Shown: positions 27,576-35,967 of the stretch, piece after piece
How the letters are laid out: each line of letters begins with the position of its first letter
How positions within the stretch are numbered: the stretch's first letter is position 1
Notes under the pieces: generated by a model
The model's database searches: none
What the model was told of the DNA's origin: nothing
The model's input: the letters and a program-made list of their open reading frames with translations, nothing else
Translations under genes and position numbers: made by a program
Origin: an uncultured Solirubrobacterales bacterium
GTDB lineage: Bacteria; Actinomycetota; Thermoleophilia; Solirubrobacterales; 70-9
Length of the DNA: 64,000 nucleotides
Direction: 5' to 3'
NCBI GenBank assembly: GCA_963800705.1
Contig: CAWDBV010000002.1
Span: 632,070 to 696,069 of the forward strand

Positions 27576-30500
27576 TTGACCACGATGAAGTAGTCGTAGG
27601 CGTTGTTGGCGCCGATCCTGGGGGTGGTCACCGTTCCGGAGGCGCCCGCCTTGCGGTAGACGCTCAGGGGCAAATTCGGCTTGCTCGTGCTCTCCCAGAC
27701 GGTGACGGCGAACCCTGTGTCGACCCAGCCGCTGTCCAGCCAGGATGGCCGGCCGCCGCCGTTCCAGCGATCGTCGATCGTCAGGTAGACGTCGGCGGTC
27801 CCGGCAAGGGCGATGCTGGCCTGGGGGCCGCCGGTGTAGGCCTTGGAGGCCGAGGCCACCTTGATCCACTCGGCGCCCGTGAGCGCCGCGGCGATGCCGC
27901 CGTCGATGGCGGAGACGTAGGTGCTGGGCCAGTCCGTCCAGGGGTGCGAGCCGGTGGCGCTGGTGCCCGACCGGAAGTTGCTCTGGATCGACCAGCTCGA
28001 GGCGTTGGCCGTGTCGTGGACCGTGAGGCCGGCGATCTTCGACGCGGCCGGGGCGGTGAAGGAGATCCAGTTGAGGTTCACCGATCCGCTGTCGAACACA
28101 ACCCGCACAACGTGCTGGCCGGCGGCGAGGCTGGCCAGCGCCGTCACGGTCTGGAAGGTCTGATAGCCGCCCGTGCTGGGAATGGCCAGGCTGCCCCCGG
28201 TGGGAACGCCATCCACCTCGACGTGCATGGTGCGGGCGGCGGTGGTCGCCACCCGCAGGCGCATGGCGTACGAGCCCGCGCTCGCCACGTTCACCGTGTA
28301 CTCCAGCCATTCGCCGGCGGCCGCCCAGCCGATGTTGTAGCCGCCCCCCGCGTCGGTGGTCGGCTGCAGGTCGACGTCCTCGGCGCGGTATTGCGTGCCG
28401 TTGTTCCCGGCGGTTGTGTCGTGGTAGGCCATCCCCTCTCCGCTCGCCGCCCCCGAGACGAGGTCGTAGTCCTCGGACTGGATGGTGCCGGGGATGGGCC
28501 AGGGGGTCCCATTCGGGTAGGCCCGCTGGGCGGGGACGCTGCCCGTGCAGCCGGTGACGCGCGCGTTGGCCCAATCGCCGTGGTCGTCGGTGTGCGAGTT
28601 GACCCCGCCGTTGGTGACCACCAGCTTGAGCTGATTGCGGCCGGCGACGCTCACGTCCACCGGCTTGTGGAAGCTGTTCGCGTACATCACCCCGCTGTCC
28701 CAGACCCGGGTCCCGTCGAGCCACACCTCGAAGGTGATGCTGGCCTGGGTGTTCGTGTCGGGGACCTCGTCGTCCACGCCGACGTCGGCGATGAGGCTGC
28801 CGGAGCAAGCTCCGTCGAGCTGGTAGGTCACCTCCGCGCTCCGGGCGCTGGCCGGGTGCATGCCGAGACCCCGGGGATAGACCAGCCCGTCGAGGGTGAT
28901 GGGCCGGCCGTCGCCGGCGCCGCTGCCCCCGATGCTGGTGTCCTTCTCCGGCGCTCCGCCCGCGGGGCCCCAGCCGTTGTAGGCGGAGGTCCAGGTCAGG
29001 TCGGTGAGGAAGGTGGCGGGCCGCAGGTCCCGGTAGCTGGTGGTGGAGCGCCCCGCCGAATCGGTGACCGTGAGGTAGATGCGGTACCAGATGAGGGCGG
29101 CCGAGGTTTCTGTGTTGGGAACCACGAAGCTGCCTCCGGTCAGGCCGCTGGTCGCGGGCATGAAGGGATGGACGTGGGAATCGTGGTGAAAGTCCACCTG
29201 CCAGGTGTAGGCGCTGGCCGGGAGGCCCCCCTCCTCGGGGTCGGTCGCGGTGCCCGAGAAGGCGACCTGCGTGTTGACCTCCCAGGCCAGCGCCGCCACG
29301 GTGCCGCTGGCCAGGGCCGGCGTGACGATGGTGGCGCTGGGAGCCTGGTTGCCGGTCACCGTGAGGACCGCCTCGACGCTGGTGCTGGTGCCCGCGGGGT
29401 TGCTGACCCTGCAGCGGAAGCGCGCCCCATCGTCGCCGATGACCGCGCTGGCGAGGGTGTAGGCGGCGGCGGTCGCTCCGGTGATGGCCGCCCAGGCGGC
29501 ACCGTTGTGCCGCTCCCACTGGTACCCGGTGGCGTTGCTGGCGGTGACAGAGAAGGTGGCGGTCTGCCCGATGGTGACCAGCAGGCTCTCGGGCTGCTGG
29601 GCGATCTGGGGCGCGCCCGAGCCGGTGTAGTCGATCTTGTACACCTTGGCGGTGCCCGCGGTGGGGGTTCCCGTCTTCTGATTCCGGGCGATGTAGTAGA
29701 GGGCCCCGCCGGGCGCGACGTCGACCGTGACCGGATAGGAGATGCCGGCGGCAAACTGGGTCACCGCAAAGCTGGCCGGATCCATCTGGTAGATCTTGCC
29801 GTTGCAGAAGTCGGCGAAGAAGAACTTGCCCAGGTAGCTCGCCGGGAACCGCATGGTCGAGGGGTTGTAGAACGTGGCCCCCACCACCGAGCAGCCGGTG
29901 CTGTGCGAATAGGCGTGGGCGGGGAGGGTGAAGCCGGGGTGCTGCGACTGCGTGAAGCTCCCCTCGGTGGCGGGCCAGCCGAAGTTCTTGCCCCCGCCGG
30001 CGGCGACGTTGATCTCCTCCCAGCCGCTCTGCCCGACGTCGCTGATGAAGAGCTTGCCGTCCGACTTGATGTCGAAGGTGAACGGGTTGCGCAGGCCCAT
30101 GGCGTAGATGGCGCGGTTGAGCCCGGTGGTCTGACCGTAAAACGGGTTGTCGGTCGGGATGCTGCCGTCGCTGTTGAAGCGCAGGATCTTGCCGAACACG
30201 CTCGTCTTGATCTGCGGCGGGCTGGTGGCCGGATTGGAGGCGCCCTGGCCGGTCTCGTGATCGCCGACGGCGAGATAGAGCTTGCCGTCGGGCCCGAAGT
30301 GAATGGCGCCGCCCATGTGCCAGCGGGTGGACGACGAGGGGAGGTCGGGAAGATCGACGAGGGTGATCCGCGTGGAGGCGCTGGCCACGTCGCCGTTGGC
30401 GGTCACCCGGATGAGGCGGTTGTGAACCGTGGGCGTCCTGGCCGTGTAATAGAGGTAGACGTAGCGGTTTGTCGAGAATCCCGGATCGACCCCCACGCCG

Positions 30501-30823
30501 AGCAGGCCGCGCTCGTACTGGGAGTCCGTCTCGGAGCTGAGGTTGATGAAGTCGGTGCCCAGCAGGGCGTCGTTCTTGATGACCTTCACCTGGCCGTTCT
30601 GCTGGATGACCAGCACGCGGCCGTCGGGGAGCGGCGCCAGCCCGGTGGCGCTTGTGAGGCCGGAGGCGACCACGCTCTCGACGAACCCGCTCGGCAAGGT
30701 CGCGGCGTACTGGTGCTCCTCGATCGCCTCGGTCGATTCCGGGAGGGGCCCGCTGCAGGACAGGTGCAACAGCGCCAGCACGAACACCATCCCGGCCACG
30801 CCGGTTCTCCGACCCTGCGACAT
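27572..30823 (-). CDS. Multidomain lipoprotein: PQQ-dependent sugar dehydrogenase propeller + Ig-like + NPCBM + CBM6-like modules
   Basis: 1083-aa uninterrupted ORF.
- Signal: MVFVLALLHLSCS
- GSDH motifs: GLLGVGVDPGF, HMGGAIHFGPDGKLYLAVGD, RNPFTF, GKNFGWP
- NPCBM-like: LTDLTWTSAYNGWGP..ITLDGLVYPRGLGMH
- CBM6-like: IQSEDYD..NIGWAAAGEWLEYTVNVASAGSY. Confidence 0.8.
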   Translation of the reverse strand: MSQGRRTGVAGMVFVLALLHLSCSGPLPESTEAIEEHQYAATLPSGFVESVVASGLTSATGLAPLPDGRVLVIQQNGQVKVIKNDALLGTDFINLSSETDSQYERGLLGVGVDPGFSTNRYVYLYYTARTPTVHNRLIRVTANGDVASASTRITLVDLPDLPSSSTRWHMGGAIHFGPDGKLYLAVGDHETGQGASNPATSPPQIKTSVFGKILRFNSDGSIPTDNPFYGQTTGLNRAIYAMGLRNPFTFDIKSDGKLFISDVGQSGWEEINVAAGGGKNFGWPATEGSFTQSQHPGFTLPAHAYSHSTGCSVVGATFYNPSTMRFPASYLGKFFFADFCNGKIYQMDPASFAVTQFAAGISYPVTVDVAPGGALYYIARNQKTGTPTAGTAKVYKIDYTGSGAPQIAQQPESLLVTIGQTATFSVTASNATGYQWERHNGAAWAAITGATAAAYTLASAVIGDDGARFRCRVSNPAGTSTSVEAVLTVTGNQAPSATIVTPALASGTVAALAWEVNTQVAFSGTATDPEEGGLPASAYTWQVDFHHDSHVHPFMPATSGLTGGSFVVPNTETSAALIWYRIYLTVTDSAGRSTTSYRDLRPATFLTDLTWTSAYNGWGPAGGAPEKDTSIGGSGAGDGRPITLDGLVYPRGLGMHPASARSAEVTYQLDGACSGSLIADVGVDDEVPDTNTQASITFEVWLDGTRVWDSGVMYANSFHKPVDVSVAGRNQLKLVVTNGGVNSHTDDHGDWANARVTGCTGSVPAQRAYPNGTPWPIPGTIQSEDYDLVSGAASGEGMAYHDTTAGNNGTQYRAEDVDLQPTTDAGGGYNIGWAAAGEWLEYTVNVASAGSYAMRLRVATTAARTMHVEVDGVPTGGSLAIPSTGGYQTFQTVTALASLAAGQHVVRVVFDSGSVNLNWISFTAPAASKIAGLTVHDTANASSWSIQSNFRSGTSATGSHPWTDWPSTYVSAIDGGIAAALTGAEWIKVASASKAYTGGPQASIALAGTADVYLTIDDRWNGGGRPSWLDSGWVDTGFAVTVWESTSKPNLPLSVYRKAGASGTVTTPRIGANNAYDYFIVVK

Positions 30824-31079
30824 TCGACCCCTCCCGGTTTACGGACGCGAACGTGGGCCCGGGCCAGCCCTCTCCCGGCAAGCCGCCGATCGCACGACGA
30901 CTTTCACCCCGCCCCCAACCCGGACCCACGCTCGCGCTTACCGGGCGCCCCTGTGTGCAAGACGGGGGCCCGAGGGCGAAACATCTCCACCACACGCACG
31001 GCCCCCCGCAGACCCCCCGAATGTCCGCATTTGCCGCCCCGGGAGGCCACTCCGTATCCGTTCAGCACACATCATCGCC

Positions 31080-31128
31080 GTTGCGCCGCAGGCACCACTG
31101 TTGCGCGATGACGCGATCACTGTTGCGC
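31080..31128 (-). promoter_or_regulatory. Three direct GCGCAAC repeats at 20-22 bp spacing (candidate regulator site)
   Basis: Plus-strand gttgcgc at 31080, 31100 and 31122. Two copies extend to cactgttgcgc. The site lies in the 340-bp spacer upstream of the 27572..30823 gene. Confidence 0.25.
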
Positions 31129-31163
31129 CCGGAACAGCGCCGGGGAGCCGAAGAAGGGCGGCG

Positions 31164-33442
31164 CTAATCGAACAGGCCCTGGGACAGCCGCGTGCTCCGC
31201 TCGTAGGCGAACCGCTTGAGCCGGTTCATGTCCTCGAGGGGGGGGCCGCAGCTCGTGCCGCCGGGGGCGGCCATGGCCTCATCGGCCTGGTAGCGGGCGG
31301 CCACCTCGTCCATGAGCTCGGCCACCGCGTCCGGGTGCAGGACGGTCTTGTCGAGCTCCTTGGTCCGCTCGATGAACTCGTCCCGGAAGGCGCGCAGGTA
31401 GGCGTCCTTGAGGTAGCTCCAGTAGTCGTTGCGGTTGCTGCGGTTGGCCCACTGACCGGAGAAGAAAGAGGCGGTGGCCAGGGAGGGCTCGGCCTGGCCC
31501 ATCACGTTGTCGAGATCGGTCGGCATCATCATCCAGCGGCCGTCGCTCGGCCGCTTGTAGAAGAAGTGGTTGTGGTAGTGGTCGTCCCAGCCCACCATCC
31601 AGTTGATCACCACCATGTAGTCGGTCAGCTCTTTCATGGCGAAGTTGTCCTCGAAGAACTTGCGGATGGCGGGGAGCCCGGCCGCCCGCGCGGCGTTCAG
31701 ATCTTCGATGAGCTTTCGCATCTCCGCCCCCCGCTCTTCCAGTCCTCGTTGGTTGCCCGGGCATAGCTGGCCTCGTAGCGCTGATCCAGGGTGTAGCCGC
31801 AGTACGCCTGCAGGGGCCGCATGTCGGAGTAGCCGTAGGGCCCCTCGTCCCAGCGTCCGCCCACCGCCTTGAACAGGTCACCCGGTGTGCCTCTACCGTA
31901 TGCCCGCTCGATGAAGTCGTCGTCCATGTGCTCGTGCTGGATCATGTAGTGGTAGTAGGTGCCGTTGATGTAGTACCGCACGTAGCGCGAGCGGGCCGCG
32001 GGTATGCCGGCCCGCTCGAACAGCTCACCTCCCACCATCGTGTTGAAGCCGTGGCAGGACTGGGTGAGGTTGTTGAGGTTGAACGAGCGCTTGCCTTCGA
32101 AGCGGTCGTGGCGCGGAAACCGGATGGACCAGCTGAACACGCGCAGCGGATTGGGGGCCTGGGGACGGACGAAGCCGGCCGGCCATTTCATGGGGTCCAC
32201 GAACAGCCCCCCCAGCCGTCTCTGGAAGCTTCCCTGGTATCGCACGCGCACGTCGTAGACCTTGCCGCCTGCCACGAAGACGGCGGGAACGCGTCCGTTC
32301 CACAACGGGTTTACCTTGCAGGCGAAGGGGTTGGTGCCGCTGGCGTTCTCCGGCACCCGGCCGGGAGCCATGTTCAGGTAGAGCCTGGTCCAGTCCGCCT
32401 GGCTGATGAAGAGCTGATAGACGGCCGTCTTGCCGGGAATCTCGGGATCGACGTAGTAGGCGAAATGAGGGTAGGGATCGGAGTCGCGTGGGGCCAGCAC
32501 CTCGCTGCCTCGACCGCGGTCTCCGACCACCCGGTACCGCACCACCGAACCCGCGGCCTGCGCGGGCAGCGTCGCCTCCCAGCCGTCGCCGGCGGGCGTG
32601 AGCGCCACCTTCTCGGTCGGCTCGTCGATGCGCTCGATGTCGTCGACGAAGTACTCTATCTCGGGAGCCGTGATCGGCCCGGTGGCTCCGCCCGGGATGC
32701 CGGCCACCGTCGCCCGCACGAGCACCGGATCGGCGGCACGTATCGCCTCACCACCTCGCCCGGCGGCCGAGGCGGTCACCGAAGCGGTCACCGAGGCAAT
32801 CACGGGCAGCGGTTTGCCAGAGGTCCCGTTGGGCCGGCCCGGGGTGGCGCCGTCGAGGGCCGACGCCGCCCAGTTGGCGGCCGACCCGCCCGGGTGCTCG
32901 ACGCTGATGCGCTCGAGCGACCGGCCCATGAACCGGTGCTGCTCCAGGGGGAGGATCGCCTCCGGCAACCAGGCCTCACCCGCTCCCAGGGCATCGGCGG
33001 CCATGGGCCAGGGGCGCTGGTCGTCGTAGGCGACCTCGTCCACCTTCTTTCCCTGGGCGTCGACGAGCAGCAGGCGCTCGCCGCCGTTGTCGAGCGAGCC
33101 GGCGTAGTCGCCGAGCACGGCGTCCGGTTCGAGGCGATACGCGGGGACGTCCGCCAGCAGCCGCTCTCGGTTCCGGGCGATCACCAGGTAGGCCCGGGGA
33201 CCCAGCGTGGTGCCGTCCTCGAAAGCGAAGGTCACGCCGTCGGCCAGCTTCCAGCCCGCCAGCGAGACCGGAGCGTCCGTCCGGTTGTGCAGCTCGATGA
33301 ACTCGTGATCCTCGACCGGACCGTCGTCCATCACCGCGTGGTACATGATCTCCGAGACGACGACCGCCGCTGGCCCGCTTTCGTTTTCGTCGCCGCACGC
33401 CAGCAGCCCCGCCGCGAGAAGGACCGGGCCCGCCCCCTTCAT
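31164..33442 (-). CDS. Lamin-tail-domain + CotH kinase family protein, 1 frameshift near 31720
   Basis: Lipoprotein signal MKGAGPVLLAAGLLAC. LTD: VVSEIMYH..EFIELHN..LAGWKL. CotH core: FNLNNL..YYINGTYYHYMIQHEHMDDDF. The tail, in ORF 31164..31721, has WDDHYHNHFFYKRPSDGRWMMMPTDLD. Confidence 0.75.
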
Positions 33443-34898
33443 CAGATACCCCCTCGCTGGCGTTCGCGTCCGCCGTTGCCGGCGGCGTGCCGGCGTCCGG
33501 CGTGGGGCCGGGCGGAGGGGTGGTGAGCGACAGCCCCGTCAGGGTCGTCGCCACCGGCACCAATCCCCCGTTCGAGCTGGCGTAGGCGCCGATGAGGAAC
33601 GGCTCGGGCAGCGAGAAGGTGGCTGCTCCGACCGTCGTCCACTGCGCGCCATCGGAGGAGTAAGCGCCGGTCACCCGGCTCAGCGCCGGCTGACCTGGCA
33701 CCTCGGTCCTGGTGAGCCTGAGCCAGACGGGAGCCTTGACGCCATCGACGGGCATCGCCACGGTGCCCATCATGTTGGGCAGGGACCGGCTCATGAACTG
33801 CACCCCCATCTCCGCGGTGACCGTGAGGATCGCCGCCGGCGTGGCGCGGGAGATGAGCAGCTGGACCGCCGGTCCCTCCCGCAGCATGAGCCCCACCCGG
33901 GCCGGGGCGTTGCCGTGGGTGAAGGCGCCGACCTTGACCGTCAGCATCTGCTCGCCCTGGGCGGTCTGAAAGGCGAACAGGCCGGAGTCCTGGAGCAAGG
34001 AGAGGGGCTCGCCCACCCCGGCGAGCTTCAGGCCATCGACCTCATGGATGGCAGAGCCGCCGGCCGCCGCCCCGAGCTCGTCGAGGGTCCAGTCCTTCGT
34101 GGCGGGCTGGCTGTCGAGGTTGTGCAGGCGCAGGGTGCCCAGCTCCGTGACCGTCGGCCGGGCCGGGTTCTTCGACGCGACCGCGAGCCCGGCGAACACC
34201 TCGGTGGGAAGGTCCACCTCCAGGCTGCCGATCCTGGTCCAGTTGACCCGTAGCTGGGTCGCCCGGTAGGCGGTGATGGTCCTGCCCTTGCGGCTGATCC
34301 GGAGCCACTGCCCGGCTCCCAGGCCCAGGTCCGAAACGGCGATCTGCGCCGCGGTCCCGCTCGTGTTTCGCTGCACCAGCACGCCGCCTTTGGTCCGGTC
34401 GGCCAGGATGCCCGCGAAGACCGCGGGTGCCCCGGGCTCGGTGTCGTTGGCCCGGACCATGAGGCCGGCGGTGCTCTCCGGGCTCGCCAGCTGCAAGCTC
34501 AGGATGCGGGCCACGACCTCGAAGTCGCCGCTGACCTTCCGGCTGACGAAGTGAAAGGAGTCGGCCACTCCCCCAATCTCGGTGCCACCACTTTCCACGC
34601 GGAGGCCGGACATGCCCGACCACACCTTGCCCGGGCTCGCCACCGCGCCGATGTCTTTCGAGGTCCAGGTGGGCCAGGGCCCGTTGGGGGCAGGCGGCGG
34701 CGGCGGGATGAAGGCATCGCGCGGCCTGAGATCACCGGCGCCGCCATCCGCAGCGGAAGGGGAGAGGGCGGGCGCGTCGGTCGGGGCCGCGTCGGCGACG
34801 GCCGCCGGTGCGGCCGGCTCGTCGCCACAGGCGACCAGCAGCGAGGGTCCCAGAGCGGTCAGCACCAGCCACCTTCTCGATCCATTCCGCTTCAGCAT
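33442..34898 (-). CDS. Lipoprotein with tandem concanavalin-A-like (DUF1349-type) domains
   Basis: ATG 34898 and signal MLKRNGSRRWLVLTALGPSLLVAC. It has repeats with ADSFHFVSRKVSGDFEVVARI..TAGLMVR. The in-frame ORF runs on to 32976. A TGATG stop/start overlap with CotH at 33442 would need a 1-nt shift near the 3-prime end. Confidence 0.55.
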
Positions 34899-35087
34899 GG
34901 CGACGAGAATGCGACAAGTTCGTATCACTGGGAAGCGCGCCCGCCCGGCTCTGCGCCCGGCGGTGACCCAGCACACGCGCTGGTCAACGGATCCTCGCAG
35001 CGCGCGCGGACTCCGCCGCATCCTGGTCCAGCTGCGACGCGCCCGCCGAACCCGATCGGAGCTGCCGGAAAATCACACCGGCTAGCG

Positions 35088-35200
35088 GCGTCTGCGGGTG
35101 GGGGAAGGGTGAGGGTCTGCGCCACGGCTCGTGGGGGACGCCCCTCTCCCGGCGCGCAGACGCACCGACCTCTCCCCGGCAGCCGGGGCGAGGTGAAGAG
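35088..35200. repeat. REP-like composite palindromic element, copy A
   Basis: 35141-35200 is cccctctcccggcgcgcagacgcaccgacctctccccggcagccggggcgaggtgaagag. It aligns with 39460-39512 and, reverse-complemented, with 57780-57805 plus 58966-58994. Confidence 0.8.
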
Positions 35201-35290
35201 CGTTGCCGATTCCTGCCTTCATCGAGTCCTTCAATCAATCGTTTGCCCCTCCGCGACGGCAGCACGAGAATCGAGGCCGGCCGCCAGCAA

Positions 35291-35352
35291 GTCGTTTGCC
35301 CTCGCCCGCGGTCTGCCGCGGGAGAGGGAAAGGGAGAGGGTCTGCGTCGCGC
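35291..35352. repeat. REP-like element, partial copy B
   Basis: gtcgtttgccctcgcccgcggtctgccgcgggagagggaaagggagagggtctgcg parallels 39388-39430. Confidence 0.6.
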
Positions 35353-35488
35353 AAGGCAGGGCCAGCGGGTCCTTCTTCGCCGCTTGCGCGCGATCGCGCG
35401 CCGCCGGGCCACCTACCTGAAGGGCCAGGTGCGAGGTCGGGGGCCGGGTCGGCCTGGCACCGAGCTTCCATCTGGGAGAAACTTGGAG

Positions 35489-35932
35489 ATGACGAGCAAG
35501 ACGGTCGCGCTGGTGGTGGGGCTGGGGCTGGTGCTGCTCCCCTCGGTCTCCCGGGCTCAGGTGGAGCTGCGGGTGCGGGTCCCCACCATCCGCTTCGAGG
35601 TCGCCCCGCCCCTCGTGGTGGTCCAGGAGGGCGTGCAGGTGGTGCCCGACCACCAGGACGAGGTGTTCGTCTCCGACGGCTGGTACTGGCATCGGGCCCA
35701 CGGCAACTGGTACCGCACCCGCAATCACCGGGGGGGCTGGGTGGTCGTCCAGCGCGAATACGTCCCGGTGCCCCTGGTGAAGATCCCTCCCGGCAAATAC
35801 AGGCACCACCGAGGCAAGGGCTCCCGGAAGATGTACGTTCAGACGCCCGACGGCCAGGTGGCCGTGGTCAAGGTCAAGGATCGCGGCGGTCGCGGGAAGA
35901 AGGAGAAGCGGGGCAAGGGCCGCTGGAGATAG
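35489..35932 (+). CDS. Small secreted basic protein, hypothetical
   Basis: Signal MTSKTVALVVGLGLVLLPSVSRAQ, a W/H-rich core (WYWHRAHGNWYRTRNHRGGW) and a K/R-rich tail. Confidence 0.55.
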   Translation: MTSKTVALVVGLGLVLLPSVSRAQVELRVRVPTIRFEVAPPLVVVQEGVQVVPDHQDEVFVSDGWYWHRAHGNWYRTRNHRGGWVVVQREYVPVPLVKIPPGKYRHHRGKGSRKMYVQTPDGQVAVVKVKDRGGRGKKEKRGKGRWR

Positions 35933-35935
35933 CCG

Positions 35936-35961
35936 CGACTACCGCAAAGGGTGGTAGGTCG
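35936..35961. terminator. Weak bidirectional hairpin between convergent genes
   Basis: CTACC-N9-GGTAG, extended by CGA/TCG with one bulge. No U-tract. Confidence 0.2.
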
Positions 35962-35967
35962 AGATGG

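Noticed and set aside
26280-30995. 1571-aa minus ORF as one protein
   Set aside because: The upstream 1140 aa are an out-of-frame reading of the 27572..30823 gene. The real protein starts at ATG 27575, with an ATGA overlap.
27944-31111. 1055-aa plus-strand ORF
   Set aside because: It is the antisense shadow of the PQQ-dehydrogenase/NPCBM gene, with no motifs and a G/R/A/V-biased composition.
35088-35352. Possible CRISPR array, because of repeated palindromic GC-rich units
   Set aside because: The units are in mixed orientation and are irregularly spaced, with no unique spacers of constant length and no cas genes. They match dispersed copies at 39.4 and 58.9 kb, so they are a REP-like family.
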